64,000 bases of DNA from Clostridia bacterium (GTDB lineage Bacteria; Bacillota; Sulfobacillia; SLMV01), in the NCBI GenBank assembly GCA_007133365.1, contig SLMV01000029.1:276-64275 (forward strand), given 5' to 3'. Positions 19,129 to 28,012 of this stretch are shown here, piece by piece (the stretch's first letter is position 1; the number at the start of each line of letters is the position of its first letter). The notes under the pieces are model-generated. The model made no database searches. It was not told the DNA's origin and was given only the letters and a program-made list of their open reading frames with translations. Both the position numbers and the translations under genes were made by a program.

Positions 19129-19147
19129 CGCGCTCTCCCTTCATCGG

Positions 19148-20206
19148 TCAAACGTACTGCTTTTGGACTTGTTTGGCGGACGAACGCTCAAGTCGCTCCC
19201 AGCGCTCGCACCGGCCACCCCACCGTCCGGCGACTTCACCATCAACGTACACTTCGAGAATCTCGCATTCATTGGAACACTCATCGCATTCGAAACTACC
19301 CGTCCGGTAGTCGACATCCATCAAAGACAACCCCCGAAAATGAGAATCTCGCGAAAGCACCGCCATCTCCTCTCGGGCGAGCAGGGCGGCTCCGATGGCG
19401 CCCATAACCTTGTGATGTTCGGGTACAATGACCTCCATTTCCAACTGTCGTTCAAGTGCCGCTTTGATCCCCGTGTTGGCGGCCACCCCTCCCTGAAACA
19501 CGACCGGCTCCAAAATTTTCTTGCCTTTGCCGACGTTGTTGAGATAATTTCGCACCAAAGCATCGCATAGACCCCGAATAATTTCCGGCGTCCCGTGCCC
19601 GACCTGCTGCTTATGGATCATATCGGATTCGGCAAAAACGGCGCAGCGTCCCGCAATGCGAACGCTCGCCTTGGCTTTCGCCGCCATTTCTCCGAACTGT
19701 TCGATCGGTAGCTCGAGCCGGTCCGCCTGACGGTCGAGAAAGGACCCGGTCCCGGCAGCACAGACGGTATTCATGGCAAAATCCGTCACCACACCGTCAC
19801 GGAGCAGAATTATCTTGGAATCCTGTCCTCCGATCTCAACCACGGTCCGAACGTTTGGAATCAACGCCAGTGCCGCCATCGCATGGGCGGTGATTTCGTT
19901 CTTTATGACATCGGCGCCGACGAAGACACCCGTCAGTTCGCGGGCTGATCCCGTAACGCCAGCGCCGGCGATTTCGATATTCCCTTCTTGCTTCTCCATC
20001 AGCTGTTTGAGGCTTCGCTGCACCGCCTTTAACGGATCCCCTGCGGTTCGCAAATACACGGACAATAAAACCGACCCCGACGGATCGAGCAATGCCAAAT
20101 TCGTGCTGACGGACCCCACGTCGAATCCCAAGAATGCCTTCATCCTGCCACGTCCTTCCGAAATACATCCCACTATTTTAAATAACGACCCACTCGTGAA
20201 AAGCAC
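19148..20206 (-). CDS. BadF/BadG/BcrA/BcrD-type ATPase (CoA-substrate-specific enzyme activase, HgdC-like) with a Cys-rich C-terminal tail
   Basis: ASKHA-fold motifs (FLGFDVGSVSTNLALLD; GAGVTGSAR; VVEIGGQDSKII). Conserved Cys near the helix-cluster region. Extra C-terminal CDECSNEC...C segment. The likely real start is MKAFLGFDVGS (~20143). Confidence 0.7.
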   Translation of the reverse strand: MLFTSGSLFKIVGCISEGRGRMKAFLGFDVGSVSTNLALLDPSGSVLLSVYLRTAGDPLKAVQRSLKQLMEKQEGNIEIAGAGVTGSARELTGVFVGADVIKNEITAHAMAALALIPNVRTVVEIGGQDSKIILLRDGVVTDFAMNTVCAAGTGSFLDRQADRLELPIEQFGEMAAKAKASVRIAGRCAVFAESDMIHKQQVGHGTPEIIRGLCDALVRNYLNNVGKGKKILEPVVFQGGVAANTGIKAALERQLEMEVIVPEHHKVMGAIGAALLAREEMAVLSRDSHFRGLSLMDVDYRTGSFECDECSNECEILEVYVDGEVAGRWGGRCERWERLERSSAKQVQKQYV

Positions 20207-20477
20207 GCACGATTCGAACTCGTCGAATTCTGTTCTATTGTACCGATGATCGTATCATCATACCACCCATGACCGTCTAACCCGATCCCAAATTCTGCCC
20301 GCGCTCGCGCTCAGGACCCGGTCGATCATCACCTTTGGCGTGGGCTTTGTTGGATCGACCTCATGACGGCAACCGTTTTCCCAATACCTTAAATGCCCGC
20401 CCCGTTTGATCTTTGGCATCTTAAACAACGAACGTTGATGGCTGGGAAAATACCATAAAGTAGCCCATCGAGAGGAT

Positions 20478-21410
20478 CTAAGCCCGCGGGTGGGCACGGG
20501 AAAATACATCGAGGAGATAACGCTGTGCGAGATGGGTATAGATTTGGGTGGTGGAAATATCCACATGCCCCAATAACTCCTGAACCGAGCGCAGATCTGC
20601 TCCATTTTCCAATAGATGGGTGGCGAACGAATGTCGCAGCGTATGCGGTGTCACCCGTTTGTTTAACCGCGCCCGCTTGGCGTGATATTTAACCCGTTTC
20701 CAGATTCCTTGTCGGCTAAGACGGCGGCCATGATGATTGATAAAGAGCGCTTCTTCTAGCACGTCTCGTACGAGTTCCGGCCGTCCGTAGCGAAGATAGC
20801 GATCCACCATCTGGACGGAAAGTTGGCCCATGGGAATGATGCGTTCCCGATCCCCTTTTCCAATGCATCGAACCAGTCGGCGACTTAAATGGAGATCCGC
20901 CTGATCCAAATTCACCAACTCGGAAACCCGAATCCCCGTGGCATAAAGAAGTTCTAGGATAGCGCGATCCCGCAATCCGATCGGCGTCTCATCACTGGCC
21001 GATTCCAAAAGAGCATCGACCTCCGAAACCGACAGAATATCGGGCAATTTCTTCCCCGCCCGCGGCCGCTCAATCCCAGCGACCGGATTCTTGTCGCAAT
21101 CCCCTTGATAAACCAGGTAGTGGTAGAAGCCGCGCAAAGACGCCAAATGTCGGGCAATGGTCGTTGCCGCACGATCCTGGTGTTTGAGATGCACCACATA
21201 GGCCATCATGGTGTGCTCATTTACCGCTCTCAACCGGGGCATAATTCCCTTTGGGGACTCAGAGGAAGGGGCTTCATCCGAATCCGAGGGCACGAGAAAC
21301 GCCAAGAAGTGCCGAAGATCCCGCTCATAGGCCAAAAGGGTATTGCGCGCAAGCCCTTGTTCCACACTCAAATAGTCCAAAAATTCAGAAATCGGATCGT
21401 CGCCGGCCAT
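20478..21410 (-). CDS. xerD: tyrosine site-specific recombinase XerD (chromosome dimer resolution)
   Basis: N-terminal SAM-like core-binding domain (FLDYLSVEQGLARNTLLAYERDL). Catalytic R...HxxR...Y region (HTLRHSFATHLLENGADLRSVQELLGHVDISTTQIYTH). Confidence 0.75.
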   Translation of the reverse strand: MAGDDPISEFLDYLSVEQGLARNTLLAYERDLRHFLAFLVPSDSDEAPSSESPKGIMPRLRAVNEHTMMAYVVHLKHQDRAATTIARHLASLRGFYHYLVYQGDCDKNPVAGIERPRAGKKLPDILSVSEVDALLESASDETPIGLRDRAILELLYATGIRVSELVNLDQADLHLSRRLVRCIGKGDRERIIPMGQLSVQMVDRYLRYGRPELVRDVLEEALFINHHGRRLSRQGIWKRVKYHAKRARLNKRVTPHTLRHSFATHLLENGADLRSVQELLGHVDISTTQIYTHLAQRYLLDVFSRAHPRA

Positions 21411-21500
21411 TCGGCAACCCTCCTCTCGCTCCCATCATCGTCCGCCACAGCATGACCCGGTAAGCCATCGAGCGGGGGATGCCGGTCGGCAAGTTGACCA

Positions 21501-21550
21501 TGCAATCAAGACCAAAAATGGCGACAATACCCGGTTCTTAACCTCAAGTA
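21501..21550 (-). terminator. candidate intrinsic terminator downstream of ald
   Basis: Perfect 13-bp inverted repeat ATGGCGACAATAC/GTATTGTCGCCAT (21508-21520 and 21538-21550, 17-nt loop). On the minus-strand transcript it is followed by UUUUUGG (plus 21501-21507). It sits 28 bp after the ald stop. Confidence 0.5.
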
Positions 21551-21577
21551 TTGTCGCCATAAAGCAACCGATCCCGC

Positions 21578-22686
21578 CTATTTCAATAGGTGTTCGAGAG
21601 GCGTATACGGCATATCATGCGCTTCGGCGACGGCCTGGTAGGTCACCTGACCTTCCGCAACATTGACACCTTTTGCTAATGCGGGGTCCCGTCGAACGGC
21701 CTCTTTCCACTCGACCGAAGCCAGCACCCGAACGTAAGGCAGGGTGACATTGGTCAATCCCACGGTAGAAGTGCGCGGCACAGCACCGGGCATGTTGGCC
21801 ACTGAGTAGTGAACCACATCATGTTTGACGTAGGTCGGATCCGCATGCGTCGTCACTCGGTCAATCGTTTCAACCGATCCGCCTTGGTCAATGGCGACAT
21901 CGACGATGCCCGCTCCTTCCGGCATGGCCTTCACCATTTCCTCATCCACCAACTTAGGTGCTTTGGCACCGGGTACCAACACGGCGCCGATGAGCAGATC
22001 GGTGCTCGGCAATTCTTCCGCGATAAAATAGGGATTGGACATACGTGTTTCCAGCAATCCTCCGAAAACGTCGTCAAGGTAACGAAGACGAGAAGCGTCG
22101 ATATCATAAACTAGGACGCGGGCGCCAAGACCGACCGCCATTTTGGCAGCATTCGTCCCCACGATTCCCCCACCAATGATGACAACCTTGGCCGGAGCAA
22201 CGCCGGGAATACCACCGAGCAAAACACCGCCGCCGCCCCGATGCTTTTGTAAGATTTCCGTTCCAACTTGGGTCGCCATCCGCCCGGCAACCTCACTCAT
22301 GGGCGTAAGTAGCGGCAGGCTTCCATCGGGGAATTCGACGGTCTCATAAGCAATGGAAACCACGTTGTTATCGGCAAGCGCTTGCGTCAGTGCCTTCTCC
22401 GCTGCTAGGTGGAGGTATGTAAAAAGCAATTGCCCCGGTCGAAATAGATCGTATTCCGACTCTAGCGGCTCTTTGACCTTTAAAATCATATCCGCTTCTT
22501 CAAATACTTTCGCCGCGGTATCAAGAATGCTAGTGCCTGCCTCCTGATACGCCTCATCGGGAAAGCCGCTCCCTTCGCCGGCCGACCTCTCCAAATAAAC
22601 TTGGTGGCCATCCCCGACCAGCGTAGCGGCCCCGGCTGGCGTCATCGAAACCCGATGCTCGTTACTTTTGATTTCCTTCGGTACCC
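21578..22686 (-). CDS. ald: alanine dehydrogenase
   Basis: N-terminus [18 protein letters not shown] fold GGGIVG, and overall AlaDH/PNT family features. The likely GTG start at 22684-22686 is preceded by GGGGG. The ORF track extends it to 22792. Confidence 0.85.
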
Positions 22687-22819
22687 CAATTTTCACAATG
22701 ATGCCCCCTTCTCTCTCGATGCAATGATCCTCCGAAAACAGTACTACATTGACGAATTCATCACGTATTATTTTTATCATACCATCCATCAAAACCGAGA
22801 TAAACGGCGCAAAAAGGCA

Positions 22820-23470
22820 TTAAAGGCCTTGCGAATTGCTCTGATCAAATCCCCGATCACCGCCAGTTCGGTGACGATGGAGTAAGTACAAACTCGCCAG
22901 TGTCTTGGCGTCGACCACGTTGATGGCGTTACGTAACACCCATTTCATCGTAAGGTCCGCTTCATCGCCCTGGGGCGGATCGTCTGCCATTTCTAAATCC
23001 GTCGCCAAAAAGACATATATAAATTCGCTCGCAAACCCTGGCGAGGAATAAAAACCTCCGAGATATTCCCAGTCCTTGGCCGAGTATCCGGTCTCCTCCG
23101 CCAGCTCACGTCTAGCACAGTCAAACGCCGTTTCACCCGAGTCGACTCGGCCAGCCGGTAATTCCCATAAATAAGCATCCACCGGATCCCGATATTGCTT
23201 TACCAGCAACAGCTCCTCATCATCATCGCCTTCCCCTCGTAAAGCGATAATTGCACAGGCATCCCGGGTAACAACACGTTCTCGAATCTCACCTCGAGCA
23301 TTGGCCCGCTCCTCGACATTGACGATTCGACCTGAAAACGTAAGCTCCCAGTTACACACCCTGCTGCTCCCTTCCTCGCCGTCGGCCGATAGTTGCCAAT
23401 TGCAAAAGGACGTCCCCATTGAACCCGCGAATGCCGGAGCAAAGCGTCCCGCTTTCTCGATGGTCGTCAC
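22820..23470 (-). CDS. nudF: NUDIX hydrolase, ADP-ribose pyrophosphatase-like
   Basis: Nudix box GxxxxxxxxxxxxxxRELxEETGY (DSGETAFDCARRELAEETGY). The N-terminus of the ORF is probably over-extended. Confidence 0.7.
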   Translation of the reverse strand: MTTIEKAGRFAPAFAGSMGTSFCNWQLSADGEEGSSRVCNWELTFSGRIVNVEERANARGEIRERVVTRDACAIIALRGEGDDDEELLLVKQYRDPVDAYLWELPAGRVDSGETAFDCARRELAEETGYSAKDWEYLGGFYSSPGFASEFIYVFLATDLEMADDPPQGDEADLTMKWVLRNAINVVDAKTLASLYLLHRHRTGGDRGFDQSNSQGL

Positions 23471-23750
23471 CTATTGCAAAAGCAAACTCGCAATCAATCC
23501 GGCAAACCCGTGTGGGGAAGGGGGCGGTTTGAACCTCTTTAGTCCCCCTAGCACTGGACATCCTTTTCGGTTTATTCATCATCAGGCCTCATCCGTGACA
23601 CCAAGCCCCAATGGCCAGTCCTAGGTCATTCCATCTTCTTCAATTGTCCAAAAGGATATAACCTCGCTTGGCGATGGCGACGATTAGATTTCGACTGCCG
23701 ATGGCCCCGGGAGAACACAAGGGGAGCCGCCGACGTCAGCACCAACCGTT

Positions 23751-23799
23751 GTTGGCACTCCAAAAAGGAAAGAGAAAGGGCGCGGAGCCGGTCTTCGGA
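23751..23799 (-). terminator. candidate intrinsic terminator after the 237-aa hypothetical gene
   Basis: GC-rich imperfect hairpin GGGGGCGGCATCCGAAGACCGGCTCCGCGCCC on the minus strand (plus 23768-23799), followed by UUUCUCUUUCCUUUUUGG (plus 23751-23767). Confidence 0.4.
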
Positions 23800-23869
23800 T
23801 GCCGCCCCCTTTCGAACCATTCGCTTCTCAATATGGCTCGTCGCCGAATCTAGGAACCCGAGCGCAATT

Positions 23870-24583
23870 TCAGGCCGTATCCGAGTCCAATAGTTCCCGT
23901 AACTTCGGATACACGGCCGCTAGCACTGCTTGAACGGCGCCAATGGCCCAATCACTATTGGCCAACGGAGAAGCGCCGGCCAAATACTCGACCTGCCCAC
24001 GCGGGCGCACCAGACAAAGATGACAGACTGCCACTTCTCCTAAACCCAGCATCGTCGTCAGAATCTCGTCAAGTTGCAGCGAATAACCGGGTATAAGCAA
24101 TCGATTGATCGCCTCAACGGCAGCCTTGCCGGGGATCCGAACCGGCCGGTTCCAGCCATAGGTCGAAACCGCATGCCCTTTTGCCTCTCGGCCTAGGTGA
24201 TCGCGAAGGAGAAGGTTGACCTCCTGGGTCTCATCACCCGGGCGGCTGGACAGCCCGAGCCTCACCAGCGTCAGGCTGGGAGCGACCGTTCTGGTTGGCA
24301 TCGCCATCGCCTCAGGCGATGCCACCTGAGCCACGCTCACCTTCTTATGATCGATCTCAAGTTTCCACTTCGCCGCCAGGGCACTTTCGATATCACGCAC
24401 AATTTGCTTCGGGTTGCGCTCCACATCCGCAAGCACATGAATCTCATCAACGGCACCCCAACTATTACAAACCACACGGCAAGCATTGATAGCGGTCAAC
24501 CCGGAAAGGAGGGCCTCTACTTCTTCCACGTCGATCGATTTTGTCACGTACCGACCCCTCCCCACATTTGTGACGAATCTCAC
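23870..24583 (-). CDS. hypothetical protein (no family recognised by me)
   Basis: 237-aa ORF in the same orientation as the oxidoreductase genes, 53 bp downstream of them. It has good coding appearance but no motifs I can name. There is weak internal similarity between its two halves. Confidence 0.3.
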   Translation of the reverse strand: MRFVTNVGRGRYVTKSIDVEEVEALLSGLTAINACRVVCNSWGAVDEIHVLADVERNPKQIVRDIESALAAKWKLEIDHKKVSVAQVASPEAMAMPTRTVAPSLTLVRLGLSSRPGDETQEVNLLLRDHLGREAKGHAVSTYGWNRPVRIPGKAAVEAINRLLIPGYSLQLDEILTTMLGLGEVAVCHLCLVRPRGQVEYLAGASPLANSDWAIGAVQAVLAAVYPKLRELLDSDTA

Positions 24584-24636
24584 CGGTAAACCCCGGCCTA
24601 ATTAAACCATCCGACGCCTCCCACAAATCCGTTTCA

Positions 24637-25179
24637 TCATTGTTGTTGATACAATTCGCGACCTCGCTCCAACGCCTTTTCATTGATCGGAATCAATTGA
24701 TGGTGACGTTCGGGAAGAACCGCCCGAAGCGAGGCCTTGATGGCATCAAAAGGCAGGTTGGGCAAACAACTTGCCAACGCCCCGAGCATTATCATATTGG
24801 CCACCCGAGCGTTGCCTAATCGGTCGGCCTCTTCCGTTACCGGTATTGTCACCACCTGGATATCATCCCGTTTCACCTCTTGATCGCAAAGTGAACTGTT
24901 GACGAACAAATGCCCGCTCGGCCGAACGGAGGATTCAAACTTCTCAAGGGACGGGAGATTCATCACGACGCACTCCGTCGGCTCCGTCACCACCGGTGAG
25001 CCGACCGGATCTTCCGATATGACCACACCGCAATTTGCTGTTCCCCCGCGCTGTTCCGGTCCATACGAGGGCATCCACGAGACATGAAGATCCTGCTCCA
25101 TTCCCGCGTGCGCCAATATTTGTCCCATCAACATGACGCCCTGGCCACCAAAGCCAGCAATGAGGATTTCATTCACCAT
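24637..25179 (-). CDS. 2-oxoacid:ferredoxin oxidoreductase gamma subunit
   Basis: ILIAGFGGQGV...GPEQRGGT..C motif characteristic of POR/KOR/VOR gamma subunits. 180 aa. Confidence 0.8.
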   Translation of the reverse strand: MVNEILIAGFGGQGVMLMGQILAHAGMEQDLHVSWMPSYGPEQRGGTANCGVVISEDPVGSPVVTEPTECVVMNLPSLEKFESSVRPSGHLFVNSSLCDQEVKRDDIQVVTIPVTEEADRLGNARVANMIMLGALASCLPNLPFDAIKASLRAVLPERHHQLIPINEKALERGRELYQQQ

Positions 25180-25927
25180 GATCCGTCACCGCCTCCGGGG
25201 TCTTGAGTTCGCCGATTGGGTAGTAGGGAATCATGTTCTCTTCCAGCCACTTCAGTGATTCGCCCGGCGTCATGCCCCAGTTAGTTGGGCAATTCGATAA
25301 CAATTCAACCATGGCAAAGCCAAGTCCTTCACGCTGCACTTCAAACGCCTTTTGCACCGACTGTTTCGCTTGTCGTATGTGCTTAACATCATGACACGAC
25401 ACGCGAGCAAGATACGCGACACCCGGCAATCCCTGGAGCATTTCGGACATCCGAAGCGGATGGCCTGTCAGCGACACATCGCGACCACTCGGCGAAGTCG
25501 TCGTGCGTTGACCTTCTAAGGTCGTGGGCGCCATTTGACCACCAGTCATGCCATAAATGGCATTATTGATAAAAATCACGGTGATCTTCTCACCCCGTGA
25601 AGCAGCGTGCATCGCTTCTGCCGCTCCGATGGAAGCGAGGTCACCATCTCCTTGGTAGGTAAAGACGATGCTATCCGGTCGCGCCCGCTTAATTCCGGTT
25701 GCCACTGCAGGGGCACGACCATGGGCGGCTTGCTGAAAGTCGCAATCAAAGTAATTGTAAGTAAACACAGAACAACCGACCGATGCTACACCAACGGCAC
25801 GCTCGGTGAGATCCAGTTCATCAAGGGCTTCCGCTACTAACCGATGAGCAATCCCGTGAAGGCAACCCGGACAATAGTGCGTCGCCTGATCACTCAACGC
25901 TTGGGGACGCGTAAATACCGCTTTCAT
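25169..25927 (-). CDS. 2-oxoacid:ferredoxin oxidoreductase beta subunit (TPP-binding)
   Basis: TPP motif GDGDLASIG...N, cluster-ligand Cys CPGC near the N-terminus, and an overlap with the gamma gene. Confidence 0.85.
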   Translation of the reverse strand: MKAVFTRPQALSDQATHYCPGCLHGIAHRLVAEALDELDLTERAVGVASVGCSVFTYNYFDCDFQQAAHGRAPAVATGIKRARPDSIVFTYQGDGDLASIGAAEAMHAASRGEKITVIFINNAIYGMTGGQMAPTTLEGQRTTTSPSGRDVSLTGHPLRMSEMLQGLPGVAYLARVSCHDVKHIRQAKQSVQKAFEVQREGLGFAMVELLSNCPTNWGMTPGESLKWLEENMIPYYPIGELKTPEAVTDHGE

Positions 25928-27030
25928 TTATGACCACCAACTTCCCGGATCAGAGTTTCCATTTTATCGCTAATGTCGGAAGGATGTGGCATCACCCCGC
26001 CGGCGGTGCCGATAAATTCAACCGGCAACTCGCTACCCACCGCCAGCCGAACATCCTCCACCATTTGCCCCATGCTCATTTCCACCACGACGTATCCGCG
26101 CGCTTTCTCGGCGAGCGAGGCAAATGCTTGGTCGGGGAAGGGCCAAAGACTGATCGGACGAACCAGTCCGACCGAATACCCGCGTTGCCGAAGCGATTCC
26201 AACGCTTTTTTCACGATTCGTGCGGTGGTACCATAAGCGGCAAAATAAAATTCCGCATCCTCATATAGGATTTCCCATCGGGTTTCATTCTCCTTCATCT
26301 GTCGATATTTCTCGCCCAACTTCTGGTTGTGTTCCCAGCACGCTTCAGCATCTAAATACAAAGAATTGATCAGATTGTTTTCTTTTCGCTTGCCACCGCG
26401 CCCAGTCGTGGCCCATTCTTTCACCGGCAACGTCTGGGGATCAAGAAGTTCGGGAAAGCGGACCGGTTCCATCATCTGTCCCATGATTCCGTCACCGAGA
26501 ATCATGACCGGATTGCGGTAGCGATCGGCGATATTAAACGATTCATAGGTAAGATCGACTAATTCCTGAAGGTCCGAAGGACCGAGCACCACCATGCGGT
26601 AGTCACCATGACCGCCGCCTTTCGTGGCTTGAAAATAATCGGATTGCGCCGGCTGAATGCTTCCCAAACCGGGTCCCCCTCGCACCATGTTCACGATGAC
26701 ACAGGGTAATTCCGAACCGGCCAAATAGGAGATTCCTTCCTGTTTCAGACTGATTCCGGGGCTTGACGATGAGGTCATCACCCGGACTCCGGCTCCGGCT
26801 GCGCCATACACCATATTGATGGCTGCCACTTCGCTTTCCGCCTGAAGATAAACACCTCCCAGTTCGGGAAGCCGCCATGACATATATGCCGGCAATTCAT
26901 TTTGGGGTGTAATTGGATATCCAAAAAAGTAGCGGCAACCTGCCCGCGCGGCCGCCTCTGCTACCGCCTCATTTCCTTTTACCAGCTGCAAGTCTTGATC
27001 CACAGTACCGCCCCTTTCGCTTCGATTCAC
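25924..27030 (-). CDS. 2-oxoacid:ferredoxin oxidoreductase alpha subunit
   Basis: N-terminal KGNEAVAEAAARAGCRYFFGYPITPQNE and domain II features. 368 aa. Overlaps the beta gene by 4 bp. Confidence 0.85.
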   Translation of the reverse strand: MNRSERGGTVDQDLQLVKGNEAVAEAAARAGCRYFFGYPITPQNELPAYMSWRLPELGGVYLQAESEVAAINMVYGAAGAGVRVMTSSSSPGISLKQEGISYLAGSELPCVIVNMVRGGPGLGSIQPAQSDYFQATKGGGHGDYRMVVLGPSDLQELVDLTYESFNIADRYRNPVMILGDGIMGQMMEPVRFPELLDPQTLPVKEWATTGRGGKRKENNLINSLYLDAEACWEHNQKLGEKYRQMKENETRWEILYEDAEFYFAAYGTTARIVKKALESLRQRGYSVGLVRPISLWPFPDQAFASLAEKARGYVVVEMSMGQMVEDVRLAVGSELPVEFIGTAGGVMPHPSDISDKMETLIREVGGHK

Positions 27031-27033
27031 CCA

Positions 27034-27261
27034 TTACTTTTTCGCTTCCTTTTCGGGCCGATAAACCTCGATGGCCACATCTGGACACATCATGGCACAA
27101 AAACCACAGCTGATGCATTTTTCCTCATCCGTCACCTGCACCGTCCGATATCCCTTACGGTTCATGGTATCCGATAGGTAAACGATATCGACGGGACAAA
27201 CCGAGGTGCACAAATCACACCCCTTACAACGTTCCGAGTTCAAAACCCATTTCGATCCCAT
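27034..27261 (-). CDS. 2-oxoacid:ferredoxin oxidoreductase delta subunit (2x[4Fe-4S] ferredoxin)
   Basis: Two CxxCxxCxxxCP motifs (CKGCDLCTSVCP and CISCGFCAMMCP). The ORF track extends to 27351, but an internal ATG at 27259-27261 with a GGAGGTG Shine-Dalgarno 5 nt upstream gives a canonical 75-aa delta subunit. This avoids overlap with the upstream NTPase gene. Confidence 0.75.
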   Translation of the reverse strand: MGSKWVLNSERCKGCDLCTSVCPVDIVYLSDTMNRKGYRTVQVTDEEKCISCGFCAMMCPDVAIEVYRPEKEAKK

Positions 27262-27292
27262 GCTGGCACCTCCAAAGCCTTTACCATGGTCA

Positions 27293-28012
27293 TTAACACC
27301 AATCCGGACGAAGCCGCGGGTTGATAACAATGAAATCAAGATCCCTCGCATCGCTCGCGATGTCGAGATCCTCAGACACTTGTTGTCCTTTAAGTACGTG
27401 CGCGCTTACTCCTAATCCTATCACAGGTATTCCTAACTGCCCGGCTGCTTGTTCCACCACACCGAGTCCCCAACGGATGTGATCCGCCTCGGTCTTAAAG
27501 CCCAGATGCGGATTGGCGATCAACCCGGCAATCGGCAATTTGGCCGCTTTTTCCAGCGCATAGTACGTGGCCACAATCCCGTCGCAAGAGGCGGTCTTCG
27601 GGCGGAAGGGATTAACGACCATCATGACCTGTGCTCTCGCCGCCTGCATCATTTGACGCACGCTCGCTAAGGGACGCGCTCCGACCTCGCTTCCCCCGAC
27701 ATCAACAATACAAACGTCGAATGCCGCCAGCGCCTGCGATAGACCGGCCGGCATAACGGGAAATTCGGTGCCGGCGTGAAAAGCCACCGGATGGACCACT
27801 TCCACTCCCTGAGCCGTTAGTTCCTCGATCAGCTCGCGGGAGCGGAAAAACGGGGTCACCAAGTCAAGATCCACCAATACCACCTTTGACTTTTCGGCAT
27901 CGCTCGCCGCCTCGATGGCAATTTGCATTGCGATTTCCGTTTTTCCGCTCCCGAACAGCCCCAAAACAACCAAGGGCCTCGAAGCCAGTCCTCGTAAAGA
28001 CACCTCAGACAC
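27293..28012 (-). CDS. uncharacterised P-loop NTPase, BioD/CobQ-N/Pta-N-like (SIMIBI, AAA_26-like) fold
   Basis: N-terminal Walker A GLFGSGKTE. About 95 aa later there is hhhhDxGG (FDVCIVDVGGSEV), followed by VMMVVNP...LPIAGLIANP, parallel to dethiobiotin-synthetase/CobQ-type proteins. The ORF track start (28129) overlaps leuDH-1 by 125 bp. GTG starts at 28010-28012 or 28001-28003 flank or overlap the leuDH-1 TGA, which suggests translational coupling. Confidence 0.5.
   Translation of the reverse strand: MSEVSLRGLASRPLVVLGLFGSGKTEIAMQIAIEAASDAEKSKVVLVDLDLVTPFFRSRELIEELTAQGVEVVHPVAFHAGTEFPVMPAGLSQALAAFDVCIVDVGGSEVGARPLASVRQMMQAARAQVMMVVNPFRPKTASCDGIVATYYALEKAAKLPIAGLIANPHLGFKTEADHIRWGLGVVEQAAGQLGIPVIGLGVSAHVLKGQQVSEDLDIASDARDLDFIVINPRLRPDWC

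Noticed and set aside
20478-21410. Tyrosine recombinase as a possible integrase of a mobile element
   Set aside because: The N-terminal core-binding domain and overall similarity fit housekeeping XerD. It sits in the conserved fur/ripX/scpAB neighbourhood. There are no flanking tRNA, direct repeats, phage or transposon genes, or compositional break.
22993-23624. Small ORFs (61-107 aa) on both strands overlapping the Nudix gene and its upstream region
   Set aside because: They overlap a confidently assigned Nudix hydrolase or fall in its 5' region. They have no Shine-Dalgarno or conserved motifs, and are likely spurious.
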